A stretch of DNA of 61,546 nt, the filler included. It is 9 parts of 9 records of this genome, joined end to end, with 100 filler letters (N's around TTAATTAATTAA, not from the genome) between each part and the next. Parts side by side here need not be neighbours in the genome. Positions count along the whole stretch, not along the records: positions 22,362 to 30,938 come from SRR7504441_6426; positions 31,039 to 35,844 come from SRR7504441_6460; 7 more parts are not named here. The stretch is one strand, 5' to 3'. Position 1 is the first letter of the stretch, and every line of letters starts with the position of its first letter. A model generated the notes under the pieces. It saw only the letters and a program-made list of their open reading frames with translations. It had not been told where the DNA came from and made no database searches. Both the position numbers and the translations under genes were made by a program. This document shows positions 22,362 through 33,566 of the stretch, piece after piece.

Positions 22362-23240
22362 TCGATATGGCCTTTGATTGGCCTCAAGATGGCTTATCAG
22401 GTCTGTCTCACCCCTTGTTTAAAGATCCTCATGGCCTACCCAGTCATCGATCGTTGCATCGCTCGCTTCCGGAAGACGGACGAGACTGCTGCAGTTGATT
22501 TGAACCTATCGCAGTTTTTTGCCACGGTAACTACCGCAGTGCTGCTCAGCTGCGTCCAGCCGGCCATGCTGCTGCTTGGCACCTTGAATCTGATCTCGCA
22601 GAGAATCACCCTTCAAGTTTTGGTTGGTGCCTTTGGCAAAGCTCCGCCTTGCTGCTCACCCACAGATATCTCTCCAGAATCGAGCTTCAGATTCAGCCAA
22701 AACACGCTGATGTGTTGGACGGCATCAATGCTCATTCTGTCCATTCACTTGTATTGCATTGGCGACCCAATGTGGATCTATTTCGTGTCCTTCACCTCAG
22801 TCTTGGCAGTCCCAGTCCTCGCAATGGTCATGCTCCCGCCAACCTGGTGGTTGCCACAGACGCGACGCTGTGTCAGGGCACTCTGGCACCGGGTTGCTGC
22901 CGTGTTCTCGCAAACAGCGCATCAACACCTCACATTGCCTGGGTCGGACTCAGATTGGCCTGCAATGAACCTGGCGATTGATCCTGAAGCGCTCAGGCAA
23001 GTGCAACACACACAGCCAAGAGAGACTAGCTTGGTCCCGAGAACAAAGGAAGCAACATCAGAAGGCAGTTTCAAGTCTCTATTCAAGCTAACGAATAGAC
23101 CGGCTGCCCTATTTCAACTACCCCGATTCGATAGCGAAGGCAACCAGAACCAAGACGAGGACACCAACCCATGCAGCTCTCATATCAGCCGATGGTGCGC
23201 ATCCCAGCCAAACCAAACTTCCTCATCGGTCAATAGATGA
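22362..23240 (+). CDS. 3' fragment of a multi-pass membrane protein, unknown function
   Basis: Open frame from the contig start with 4-5 hydrophobic segments followed by a polar tail; AT-richer spacer follows. Confidence 0.55.
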   Translation, partial: SIWPLIGLKMAYQVCLTPCLKILMAYPVIDRCIARFRKTDETAAVDLNLSQFFATVTTAVLLSCVQPAMLLLGTLNLISQRITLQVLVGAFGKAPPCCSPTDISPESSFRFSQNTLMCWTASMLILSIHLYCIGDPMWIYFVSFTSVLAVPVLAMVMLPPTWWLPQTRRCVRALWHRVAAVFSQTAHQHLTLPGSDSDWPAMNLAIDPEALRQVQHTQPRETSLVPRTKEATSEGSFKSLFKLTNRPAALFQLPRFDSEGNQNQDEDTNPCSSHISRWCASQPNQTSSSVNR

Positions 23241-23403
23241 AGCTCGATGCTTACAATAAATGATACATGATTGTACCTATAGTACGAAGTTTGTACATGT
23301 AGTCTACTACTAAAGAAGTACCTGGTAAGTGTTAAATCGCGCCATTCTGGGGGGGGTGGTCCAGCTGGCGAGTTCGTTGCACAGGATCGACCACTCCCAC
23401 AGC

Positions 23404-24696
23404 ATGCGTGTGCCGGGGCTGGTACTGATGAGCGTTCTGGCTTCTTCTGCCTGGGTTGCCACCGGGCTCGGGGACCGGCTGGCCCAGGCGAGTAGCCGGC
23501 CCAACCAGTCAGAGGTCGGCTTCGGCTCCTCATTCATGGAGCGTACCTTCCAGAGCTACGTGGCACTGCCGATGAACAGCAGCCAGCTCGCGGCCACGGG
23601 CTGGGTCAGGGCCAACACCAGCCGGTGCGACCCGCACCTCGGGTGGCAGTGGACCCAGGGCGAGCGCCAGACGGCCTCCAAGCCGATCGTGCTCTACACC
23701 ACTCGAGGGGGGCAGATCAGCGGAGTGGGGGTGCTGGTGGCGGGCGAGCTGCCCGGCCCGCAGACCAGATGGGCGCAGCGGCGGGCCGGGGGGTGGCAGA
23801 TCGACGTGGGGTTCCGGGCGGGTCCGGTGGTGTGCTCAGGGGAGATCAGCCCGGCCAGCATCGGGGACCGGCTGGTGGTGAACCCGTCAGGCTCAGAGCA
23901 GCTGGAGATCCCGGTAGTCGAGACCGGGGCTGAGTCGGCCGGGTGGCATCGCGGATCGTGCTTTGACGGGATGGGCTGGCACCGGTATCTGGACACGCAG
24001 TTGATGAACGGGCAAATGTCGTGGCGAGCGCAGAACCTGTTTCCTGTGGCTGCTATGTACTCTGACGGTCAGATCACTGCCATCAATTTCGCGGCCTGGA
24101 GTCTGCAGCAAGGGCTGACGGGCACGCACCAGTGGGACCCTCTCCCAACTCCGAGCGCTGGGCTGTGCGCTGGGATGTGTGATGAATCGTGTAAGACTTT
24201 TGCAGGCACACATTTCTGGTCAACTCTGCACATTTACTTTAGAGAGCACAGTGAGATCCGATGCGAGGCCGGCCTCAGCTGCAAACTGGGCAAGTCTGGC
24301 ACCGGGAACGGGCTGCTTTGCTGCAAGGCCCCGCCCGCGAGGCTGTTGGCCGGCCGTAATGCGTCCACTCGAGTGAGACCTGAGCCGGACAGACCAATCA
24401 CAGTCACTGTCACTGAATACGCTAGAGGCGACCGGACCTGCCAGGGCAAGAAGAAGACCTTGTACACAGGCGAAGCAGGTGAATGCAGCAAGTTCACAGT
24501 GGACGGCATAACAGCCTACTGGTCTTTCACCATGAAGACTTGCGACGAGGATGGCTCTGCTACAGTCTGGAGCGATGCCAAGTGCAGCTCGCCTCTTCAT
24601 TGGCGATATCAGTGGAAGGCATCCGAATACGGTAGATGCATCCCTGATCCAACCGGCGGCGCGGCACTCACTACCTGCTCTAGTTTACTTGATTAG
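23404..24696 (+). CDS. Secreted Cys-containing two-domain protein of unknown function
   Basis: Signal peptide MRVPGLVLMSVLASSAW; globular region with GSCFDGMGWH and HFWSTLHIYF; a linker followed by a second small Cys-rich domain. Confidence 0.7.
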   Translation: MRVPGLVLMSVLASSAWVATGLGDRLAQASSRPNQSEVGFGSSFMERTFQSYVALPMNSSQLAATGWVRANTSRCDPHLGWQWTQGERQTASKPIVLYTTRGGQISGVGVLVAGELPGPQTRWAQRRAGGWQIDVGFRAGPVVCSGEISPASIGDRLVVNPSGSEQLEIPVVETGAESAGWHRGSCFDGMGWHRYLDTQLMNGQMSWRAQNLFPVAAMYSDGQITAINFAAWSLQQGLTGTHQWDPLPTPSAGLCAGMCDESCKTFAGTHFWSTLHIYFREHSEIRCEAGLSCKLGKSGTGNGLLCCKAPPARLLAGRNASTRVRPEPDRPITVTVTEYARGDRTCQGKKKTLYTGEAGECSKFTVDGITAYWSFTMKTCDEDGSATVWSDAKCSSPLHWRYQWKASEYGRCIPDPTGGAALTTCSSLLD

Positions 24697-24908
24697 ATCA
24701 AGAGTCAACAGATTGTGTACACTTAGTGTACACTACAAATCATGAAATATTGACAGTACAAATCAGTTATATTATCTTCTTAGTATCTTCTACTCGTTGG
24801 GCATGTATCTGAGAGTTTTTACATAGTAGTAGCCTAGATGTACATGTTTCTTTAATGACTAGTTAGAGTTTCTATAAGCTGGCAAGGGAGCCCTCCACTT
24901 GTAAGCCT

Positions 24909-27900
24909 TCATGCGCATGGGGGGCTTGTAATCCCGCTGCCAACCGACAAATCGTCCTTAAAAATAGTCGTACGTTCGCCATCTCGGTCTGCTAGAATCT
25001 TTTGAGCAGGACTTCTCACAGGCGACCCCTGTTCACACAGGAAGTCAGTGCAGGCTCGAGCTGCGGTGCTTACAATAGGCTGATAGGTCGGTGGCCGTTG
25101 GGTGGGTGGCGGCGGCGGCATCCGAGTTGCCGGCTCTTGTTGATCTGTGAGCGGTTGTGCTAAGGCTGGTCTTCCACTGACAAAGCTACTGCCAGTGGTG
25201 AGGTGTTTGGCTGTGCGGTCCCACAACTGATCCACCTGCCCAATCTCAAGATTTTGGGGGCGCGGGCTGCACCTGCTCGACTTGGCTCGACGGATTGAGC
25301 AACAAGTTGGACTGGATCGATTGCTCGAGCTCAGCCTGGAGCTTGGCCACCGTGGCAGCTTGCTTGGCTGTTCGCGATTGCAGGGAGTTCACCTGCAGGC
25401 ATGACTGAGTGGGCTGCATCAGCATGGCTCAGCGAGCCACCTGAGATTCGAGCCCAGGCTTCGCATGTCCTGGGTCCTGTGCTGCCTGGAACTGAGGCGG
25501 CGAGCGCTGGCCTGTGCCCCCTCACTGTCACAAGGCAATTCGTCTCCGGCTCCTCACCAGTAGGAGTTGGGGACAAGAAGTCGTCGAAATCAGGTGACCT
25601 GTGTGTCACAGGCTGCGCTCCGCTGGCTGGGGACACATCAGTCTGAGGCTCGGCGTTAGGTGTCGGCGACTGCATTGATTGAGCTTCCATCAGCGCTTGG
25701 GCTACCAGCGCCTCACTCGGAGCACTTGAGATTTCGCTCATTTTAAGCTGACCAGCTGCCACTTGGCCTTTGATTACCTGCATCTCCTGCGAGATCAGCT
25801 GCTGCACATGCTTCTGCAGGATCTCCTCCTCAGACTCTACCTCCTCGTGCACGGCTGCAGCGGCCGGCTTGCTCAGCTGTTTGTTTGGCAGTTGTGCAGG
25901 TGATTGCTGCACCGGCGGCAGCTGCTTGGATACTGTTTGGAGTTCGGTGCCCAGGGCTTGCAATGCACGCAGGAAGCACTGGTATGATGCTTCCAAGCTC
26001 TTGCAAGTGCGTACCTTCTCTAGGCTGGTCACAGTGGTCAAGATCAACCGTTTCAACGAGCCCACAACCGAGTGCAGCTGCTTGCACAATTCTACAGATG
26101 GTTGGGCGTCCTGTGCGATGTGTCTCTCGACTGCGGCCTGGTGCAGCTCCAGGAAGCTCGGCGAGAAGTCGTCCAGCTGCAGCTCTATCATCTTGAGCGC
26201 CTCGCTCTGCACCTTGGCCTTGTTGAACCCTCCGCTGCTTGCGACTGCCCTGTTCACCATCTCTGTGCAGGCCAGCGCGATGCTCGAGGCCAGCTCGGAC
26301 TTCAACTCGGTCAGCTCCTCCTGCTGCTTGTCTGGCTGGCCGACCTCGACGTCCTCGAGGATACCAGGCACCGGCAGATTGCACGAGCGCATGTGCCCGA
26401 CTGCCTCATTAAGCCTGTACTGCAGCACTCGTGCGTTCGACTCTGCACTCTGGAGCGCGTCGGCCTTGTTCTCTACTTGGGCATGCGCGTTACGAAGGTC
26501 GCTTACGAACAGCTCCTTGGTCTTCTGCAGCTCTCGCGCCTGGTGCACCACAGAGTGTTCCATCATCGCGATTCGCTCGCCGACGTCGAGCGACCCAATC
26601 GCCTGCTCGTCGGTGGTCTGCAGCTCGAGCGACTGGAGCGATTCGACCCACCGGTGGTACCGCTGGAGCTGCGAGTCGTACTCGGATAGAGCCGACGCGC
26701 CCGAGATCGCCTTGGTGCACGGGGACATACCGTCGCCTGTGCGTGACATTGTCCTATTTGCTGGCACCGGTGTCTGGCCTGCAGCACAGTCAGCTCCGGC
26801 CTCGGCCGCAGCAGTGGCCTGTGTGCAGTCGTTGATTCTCGCGCCGGAGTTTTTGATTCTCCTGGATCAGTCGCTGGATCATGGCCGCATCATCGTATGA
26901 TTCGTTCATCTTGGTGTGTGTCACAACGTGCTTGGCCCGATCGGCAAACTTGAGAGTCGAGCACGTCTCATCATACGCCAGGATCTGCCCCCGCTCGCCC
27001 TGCCCCGGCCGGCCGGCTGACCGAGGGCGAGATTGTGGCTATGAACGTGGTCTTGCAGTTGCCACCGAGCGAATCCTTCCCAGGACAGTCAGCCACGGCT
27101 CACCCGGCCAGTCGGCCCTGACCTGGAGCAGCCTTGTGAGTTTGGAGTCCCTGAACGGGATGTGCGCGCGGTCGTGCTGGGTAAGCGCTGATATACAGTT
27201 CCCGAGGGCCGAGAGCGACTGGTTGATCGCTGTGAGCTCCTGCACCCGGATGTCATTCGATGCTCTGGCCTTGCTATCTTAGTCTGCGGCCCGGGATACC
27301 TTGATGCGGCGGTCGCCCATCTGGGTGTGTGTACGCCACTTTTCGGAGCCGGCCAGGTCGACTAGGTTGAGTTTGCCCCGGCGGGTGGTTGTGACTCCGT
27401 TCTCATCTACCAACTGCTGGCACACCACCAGCGAGAAGATCGTGTGCGAGCGAGACGAGTGCTCGTTCATGTCGGTGGTGCTGGTCGCCCTGTTCTGGGC
27501 CCCGACCAGCATCAGCTTGAACACGTCTTCGATCGAGTCGACGGGTACGTGACTCGCCTCCGGCACAAACATCCCTTGCCCATTTGGCGCCCGATCCTGA
27601 TCCAGCTCAGTCCGCGGGCGGTGGGCGGGGCGCCTCGCGTATCTCGAGCCCCTTTGAGCTCGGGTCGTACTCGAGCAGGTCGAATATCTTCTCATTGTAT
27701 ATCTCGAGGTACGAGCTGCGCACAGCGGTCGGGGCCCGACCAGCCAGAGGCTCGCACCAGGTGCACGTGTAGCCCTGCGCACATCGCTGGCCCAAGTGGT
27801 CGAAAATGTGCTGCATTGAGCGTGGAATGATCCCCTGCCCGGAGTCAGCCGCCTGCCCGCCGGGACCGCTCGCCATTGTGCACGGGTCGAAGGACGACCA

Positions 27901-28347
27901 GGAGACCCCTGACTGCTCCAGCCGCTCGGCGTCCAGCCCTGGCCCGCCGTCAGCAGCCGGCCTGCCCGGTCAGGACACCCATCATGGTGTACGTCTTGCC
28001 AGTCCCGGTCTGGCCGTACGCGAATATGGTGGCGTTGAAGCCCTCCAACACCGCCTCCACAGAGGCTGCCGGCCGATCAGCCCGGGCCGGCCGGCTGGGC
28101 GCACGCTTGGCGCTCTCGAACACGGTGGCCTGGTCGGTGTCCTGGTCGATCACCCGGTCGAAACACAGCGAGTTCTGGTTCCGGAACTTCCGAGTGGTGA
28201 CGGTCCGGTTCTGCCCCCGGCCTGAGCCCCGCCCGGCCCGCCCGGCACGTCCGGCTCGGGGACGACGCAGGAGCCGGTGCCGGCCTCGGAGTTGAGGGCC
28301 GGACGGATCCGGACCATCACTGTGATGTTCTCCGAACTCGGATCCAT
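24909..28347 (-). CDS. Kinesin motor protein with coiled-coil stalk, multi-intron
   Basis: [94 protein letters not shown]. The 3' end is approximate. Confidence 0.93.
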
Positions 28348-28618
28348 CTGCCGCAGGGCTCACCGCTGCCTCTCTCGAGGTGCGCCTACCGAATCCATTG
28401 TTCGTTTTCGAAGCACAATTCTTCGAGCTTGTTGACTCAGCGCCTGTTGCAGACAGGTCTTTGTCAATGAGGCTTGCTTTGAGGAGTGAGGAGCTCGAGA
28501 ATAAGCCACTCATGATTGATACATGATTAATCACGAGAAGGCTCCCCCGAGAAACGAATATGTGGCGCCGCGGCTCTTTAGCGGCGAGCGACCTCACCTC
28601 GTGCTCTTCGCTCAAACT

Positions 28619-29026
28619 CTAAGAAAGGGCACCTGACACTAAGCTAATCGGAAGCAGCTCCCGCCCGGCCACCCGCTCTCCTTCCCCCAGGAGCTGGCTC
28701 TCTGCTCCCTGCTTCGCCACGCCTTGAAGCACAAACGTCCCCAGAATCTGCACCGGCCGGCTCCTGTAGGTGACTGGGGCCGGCTGCTGCTCGGCCGGTC
28801 GCGCCGGTTGGGCCAGCTGGAGCTCCTCGCCCAACGGCTCGTCCCGGCTCATCTGCAACCGGACGAGCGCCGGGTCCTCGAGCAGCGCGACGGCCGGTCG
28901 GTGGGGCCGGAGGCTGGAGGCACCGGAGAGCTGGTCATCCAGCAGGAACAGCTCCGGGTCCTCGTCAAACCCGAGCCCGCCGCACAGCCCGAGCACCACC
29001 ACCCCAAAGAGATCCAATCTCACCAT
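28619..29026 (-). CDS. Small secreted protein/prepropeptide
   Basis: Signal-like MVRLDLFGVVVLGLCGG; acidic LLDD/LLED/LGEE/LLGEG motifs; ATG preceded by an A-rich leader. Confidence 0.55.
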   Translation of the reverse strand: MVRLDLFGVVVLGLCGGLGFDEDPELFLLDDQLSGASSLRPHRPAVALLEDPALVRLQMSRDEPLGEELQLAQPARPAEQQPAPVTYRSRPVQILGTFVLQGVAKQGAESQLLGEGERVAGRELLPISLVSGALS

Positions 29027-29246
29027 TTTTTTCGCCCAGGTTTTTCGCTACGATGCAGTCAGGTCGAATCCGTGTCGGATCAGCCTGTGAGATGTCGCGT
29101 CGCGATCGCAAAAGCATCCGACTTGCTCACGGCTCGGTCGCTCCTCGGCTAGCAGTTTCATCGGCTAGCAGGTTTTTATAAAACCTGGAATCTAGATATA
29201 CGTACAACGTTCACTATACTATGATTGTCATTGGAGCCCTAGCGCC

Positions 29247-30470
29247 CTAGCATACAAGCCGGGCGACCGAATAAAGCCCGTGCAGCTGGTCATCCCGCGG
29301 CAGCTTGCCATGATCCGCCCTGATGTCATCTTGGGGACCGTATTGGCTCAGCTTGCCCTCGCCTGAGCAGTGCGGGCAGTGCCAGCATTGCGCAGACATC
29401 TCGAGCCCTACGCAGTTCGGGTGGAATCTAGTCGGGCACTTGTCGCAGCAGACGAGCCCGCCTTGCCCGCCGCAGACGCAGCAACGGCCCCAGTGCGGAT
29501 TCACAAACACGGTCCCCCGTTCTATCGGCTCAGGCTCGGTGGCGGTGGGGGGAGCGCGTGCATCCATGCCGGTGTTAGCCCTCTGCCGGGCCTGGGCCTC
29601 ACACCAGCCTTTGTGGCTCCGGAGAGAAGGGATGCTCCTGAATACTTTGAGGCACGTGGGGCAAGTCAAACTGAGCGCCGGCTTGCTGCTGACGCTTGCC
29701 GGCTTGGGAGCTGGTGCAGCTTGCTGATCTTTACCCTGCCGCACCTTGCTGATCTTTACCCTTCGGCACACCGCCAGCAGGCAGCGCTGGCCTGACCGGC
29801 GGATGGTGATCGTGTCCCCGATGGTGAGTCTCATCTGGCTGATTAGCTCACGCCAGCCATTGCCACACAGGAAGTACCCAGTGGAGTATTCTCTCAGCGT
29901 AGGCTGCAGCGTACTATTGGTCTCGGTCTCGGTAATATGAACGTCCGTGGGCAGCTCAAAGCTGTTCACATCGGGGAAGAGCACGCCGAGCATCCGGCGA
30001 GATGTGGTCAGAAAGCACTGGCCGCGCTGGACGGAGATGTCGCTCGATGTGAGGATCTTCTCCAGCCGGTCTGGCAGCTCCCCCACCGGCTCGTGCCGCG
30101 GCCGCTTCTTGCCTTTAGTCGGCTGGGGCATAATCCGGGGCTGGTGCATCGTCCGGGGCGGCGGCATCATCCGGGGCGGCGGCGGCGGCGGCGGCGGTGG
30201 CTTGGGCTCCGGAGGCCGATCCTCGCCCGGGGCCCGGACCCGCCAGCTGGCCGTGGACAGATCGTGCCACTTTTCCTCCTCCTCCTGGTAGTCGGGCTTG
30301 ACCAGGTGCTTGCGGCAGCCCTCGTCGTACCGGACGATCGATCCGAAGAGCTCCTGCTGGCCAGCGACCGGCAACGCCACCCGCAGCCCGACCAGTGCCT
30401 CGAAATCCTCCGGGCTCGCATCCTCCCAGTCCAGCGGGTCCCGGCTGGTGGCCAGCAGAGGGACCGCCAT
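29247..30470 (-). CDS. Chromatin/DNA-binding protein: Tudor-like + B3 + C2H2-type finger + PHD
   Basis: LVGLRVAL....FGSIVRYD....HLVK (Tudor-like); LEKILTSSDI...YFLCGNGWRELISQMRLTIGDTITIRR (B3); CPTC.KVF....L.SH...C; CCVC....LVCCDKC...FH..C......WHCPHC (PHD); NLS-like KGKKRPR. Confidence 0.8.
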   Translation of the reverse strand: MAVPLLATSRDPLDWEDASPEDFEALVGLRVALPVAGQQELFGSIVRYDEGCRKHLVKPDYQEEEEKWHDLSTASWRVRAPGEDRPPEPKPPPPPPPPPRMMPPPRTMHQPRIMPQPTKGKKRPRHEPVGELPDRLEKILTSSDISVQRGQCFLTTSRRMLGVLFPDVNSFELPTDVHITETETNSTLQPTLREYSTGYFLCGNGWRELISQMRLTIGDTITIRRSGQRCLLAVCRRVKISKVRQGKDQQAAPAPKPASVSSKPALSLTCPTCLKVFRSIPSLRSHKGWCEAQARQRANTGMDARAPPTATEPEPIERGTVFVNPHWGRCCVCGGQGGLVCCDKCPTRFHPNCVGLEMSAQCWHCPHCSGEGKLSQYGPQDDIRADHGKLPRDDQLHGLYSVARLVC

Positions 30471-30533
30471 CAAGCCTGGATCCGGTCGAGGCAAGTTTGC
30501 TGGCCTGCGCGCTCGTCAGGCCATTCTGCTGAT

Positions 30534-30938
30534 GATGCCCCGCAGCTGCAGCGATCAACGGAAGGAGCTCGAATTTCTTCTAGATGGAAGGCAGCGGTTG
30601 GGGAAGCATTGCTGCAGGGCAGACTGTCTGAGCTCGAGACGCGCGAAGTGGCGTGGTTGAAGAGATGGAACACCTCAAGACACGGGGTGTCACGAAGCAC
30701 GAGGCAGTCGTCGAGGTGCTGTTATCCATGGAGGAGAACGATACATCCCCCGACCTCCGAAAGTCGGTCCCCTCATCTTCACGCCGTAGTCATTGCCGCA
30801 CATTGATACGCCAAGCAGCGGCAAGCTCGGCCGGCTCGTCACGGCGTTCCAGCCTGAACGGCGCGGAGGCTGAGGTTGTGTTCCCGGAGTCCCTAAACAG
30901 CGAACAGCCCAGTGGCGCAGGGAGCAGTGACCTCGACG
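30534..30938 (+). CDS. Probable 5' fragment of a gene divergent from the B3 gene; structure uncertain
   Basis: ORF 30653-30938 (VVEEMEHLKTRG...) runs into the linker; start and first intron not resolved. Confidence 0.3.
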
Positions 30939-31038
30939 NNNNNNNNNNNNNNNNNNNNNNNNNNNNNNNNNNNNNNNNNNNNTTAATTAATTAANNNNNN
31001 NNNNNNNNNNNNNNNNNNNNNNNNNNNNNNNNNNNNNN
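30939..31038. other. Artificial contig-joining linker
   Basis: N-run + TTAATTAATTAA + N-run. Confidence 0.98.
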
Positions 31039-31247
31039 CGCCTCTTTGGAGGTTCAGGTTTGTGAGCTGAATTGTGATGGGGCACTCAATGAGGGCTCAG
31101 GTCAAGGACGCAGCGCTCGGTCCATTGAGGAAGTTGAGCGAAGAGGGAGCGCTACAGGAGCTTAAAGAGCTCAAGGAGCTTGTGGTCCAAACTGCAGGCG
31201 CGGCCAACGAGCAGTCAGTTCTGCTGAATTCCACCGTCAGCGAGTGA
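31039..31247 (+). CDS. Probable 3' end of a coiled-coil protein gene
   Basis: Protein-like frame RSIEEVERREGALQELKELKELVV...TVSE ends in TGA at 31245-31247, followed by an AT-richer spacer. Confidence 0.35.
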
Positions 31248-31692
31248 TGCAATGACATCTAATTCTTTGGTGCCGAGACGCCGAGAGAGCACACAAGTCA
31301 GTTAGTCACGTACTATCTCTACACGTACTATCTCTTAAGCGTAGAGATGAATTCCATTTTAATGCGAAAAAACCCTAGCCCATGGAGGCGATTCTGTTAA
31401 AATGGCGTCGCAGACCTACGAGAAATCGCCCCAAGTGGGCGTGGGGAAGAAGGGGCCTAGGTCCCGGGCGACCAGGGCTAGCGGCCTAGCGCACACTTGA
31501 GCAGCTGCGCGGGCGTCCCCGGGCGATTTGGAAATGAGAATCAAAATCACTTTATTGTAACTTTATTGGCACTAGATTTGGAAATGATTTACATGTACAT
31601 GTACCTATTATGGACCTGGATTTTTATGCTAGCACGTGATGTGGGTGACCTCGAGGTATAACATGCTAGCTTAAAATGTAGCTTAAGTAATG

Positions 31693-33236
31693 CTAGCTAG
31701 AGATACGTTGACTGCAGCTAATGTTAAGAGGCGGAGGCGAGCGCGACGGCGACGCCATCGTCTTGTTGCGGAGCATATGGGCCCGCGTATTTGGACTGGG
31801 CAGCTTAGGAGGGCTCGTGCTAGCCGATGGCCGGACACCAGTACCATTTGACTTCTGCGAAGCGTGCAGCTCCAACCTGCACGTGGTCCGCTCGGAGGAC
31901 CAACTACGGCGGTTTGAGTCGGCTGAGCGCAAATCCGCTGACCGCGGCACATGGATCGACCGCTGGTGTTCGAGCGCCCTGCACTGGCTCACGCCTGGAG
32001 TAAAGCCGGCGCACCTGATCTCGGCCTGCAGCACCTCGGCGAGCTGCTGTTGCGCTGCCCATTCGGCAGGGTCCCTGCTGCTTCGGTTGAACAGTGCCTG
32101 ACAGCCTCAAGTCAGCCACATTGCTCAGGGTATGCACACCTGGTTCACAGCATACAGCTCCTGGCTCTTGACATGAATCTGCTCCAACCAGCCACTGAGA
32201 TGTGGCTCCTGGCTTCGCTGCAGCTGCAGTGGTTGCGAGCCCCCGCCCGTTGTGGATCCTGCTCCGTGCATCCTGTCCTTGAGATATGCGTTCTGGCTGC
32301 TTGTAGACCCTGACCGCACATAAACCCCGCTCAACTCGAAACAGCTTCACCTACGAAACCCGGGAAGCTGTGCGCCCTCACGCTATGACCAGCCGGCGTC
32401 AACGGCCGAGGGCTCGCTGGGCCGGCAAGGGAGCACGCTCCTCTCTCCCGAACGGGCAGCCCGGCGGAACCAGACTGCTCTTGCTCGGGTGAACCGATCG
32501 CCCGGTCTGTTGTTTTGGCCTGCTCTGCATACTGCTTGTATAGCTCAGTCATGCCCCGGCGCACGTGCAGCACCCTCTGGTCATATTCCCTGTAAGCCTC
32601 CAGATCCGACTTCAGCTCGGAGGATGCCCAGCATTCAGCGGCTTCTGCTGCACGGCCTGGGCCATCCGCAGGCCCGGGATTGCCAGGAACGACGGGCACA
32701 GCTGGCTTCTCAGCAATCCCAGCCTGCGCTGCAGCTGCTTGATACAGCGGATCCCAGCTGTCAAACACTGGAGAGTTTAGACTAAGCCTACCCCGCATCA
32801 GCAACCGACCCGTCTCAAGCTGCTACCTGCCTCGCCAGCCAGCGCCTCGCTCTCGACTGGGGCTCGCGGGCGCCGGGCTCGATTTGCGGCTGCATGAGCG
32901 GCGTTGGAGATCCTCGGCGTGCGCTTCCATTAGTTTGCGTCGCAGCTCTCTCCGCAGCATCTGTGCCTACCCCGCACCGCTTCCGTAGCGCCAGCAACGC
33001 CGCCCGACCTGGTTCCGCAGCAGGGCGATCTCCCCACGCGCCCTGCCAACCGCGAGCTTACTCGGTGGACCAGCCGCGTCGCCGGCCAACGCGTCCACGC
33101 GGTCCTGAAGTCGGCGCAGCCGTTCGAGCGCCTCGTCCCTGAGCGCCTCGAGGCCGGGCGTCTGTGGCTCCTGCTGGAGCTCGACGCTGGGCTGGGCTGG
33201 GTCGGCTGGAACGGCCGACGGGCCATCCATCAGCAC
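31693..33236 (-). CDS. Multi-exon hypothetical coiled-coil protein
   Basis: Chain of protein-like minus-strand ORFs (32967-33236, 32331-32804, 32125-32334, 31693-32034) separated by short intron-like segments; no family recognised. Confidence 0.5.
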
Positions 33237-33566
33237 TGAGACGCTGAAGAGGACATGCCAAAACCTACTACAAATTGTATTGCTCTAGAGTAGGGATCCC
33301 TACTGTAGATCTACCGTTTGGAACGTATGAACGGGAGTCTCTGCACACACGTACTGTACACATAAGGTCACACCGGACACACCCGCTCCTTAATTAATTA
33401 AAGCCTCACTGAGTCGCCTCAGTCCCTTATGCGGAACTAGTTTCGGGCAGGGCTCTATCATAGCTCTATCGTACGTAACTAATGTAATCTAATGGGCTTC
33501 TAATGGGCTGGGTTTTATCACGCATTAAATCTCAGGTTTTATCTAGTTTTTATCCATCAAGTCGGT

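Noticed and set aside
33390-33401. TTAATTAATTAA without N runs (also 9108-9119)
   Set aside because: Lies in AT-rich intergenic DNA without flanking Ns; treated as natural low-complexity sequence rather than a contig join.
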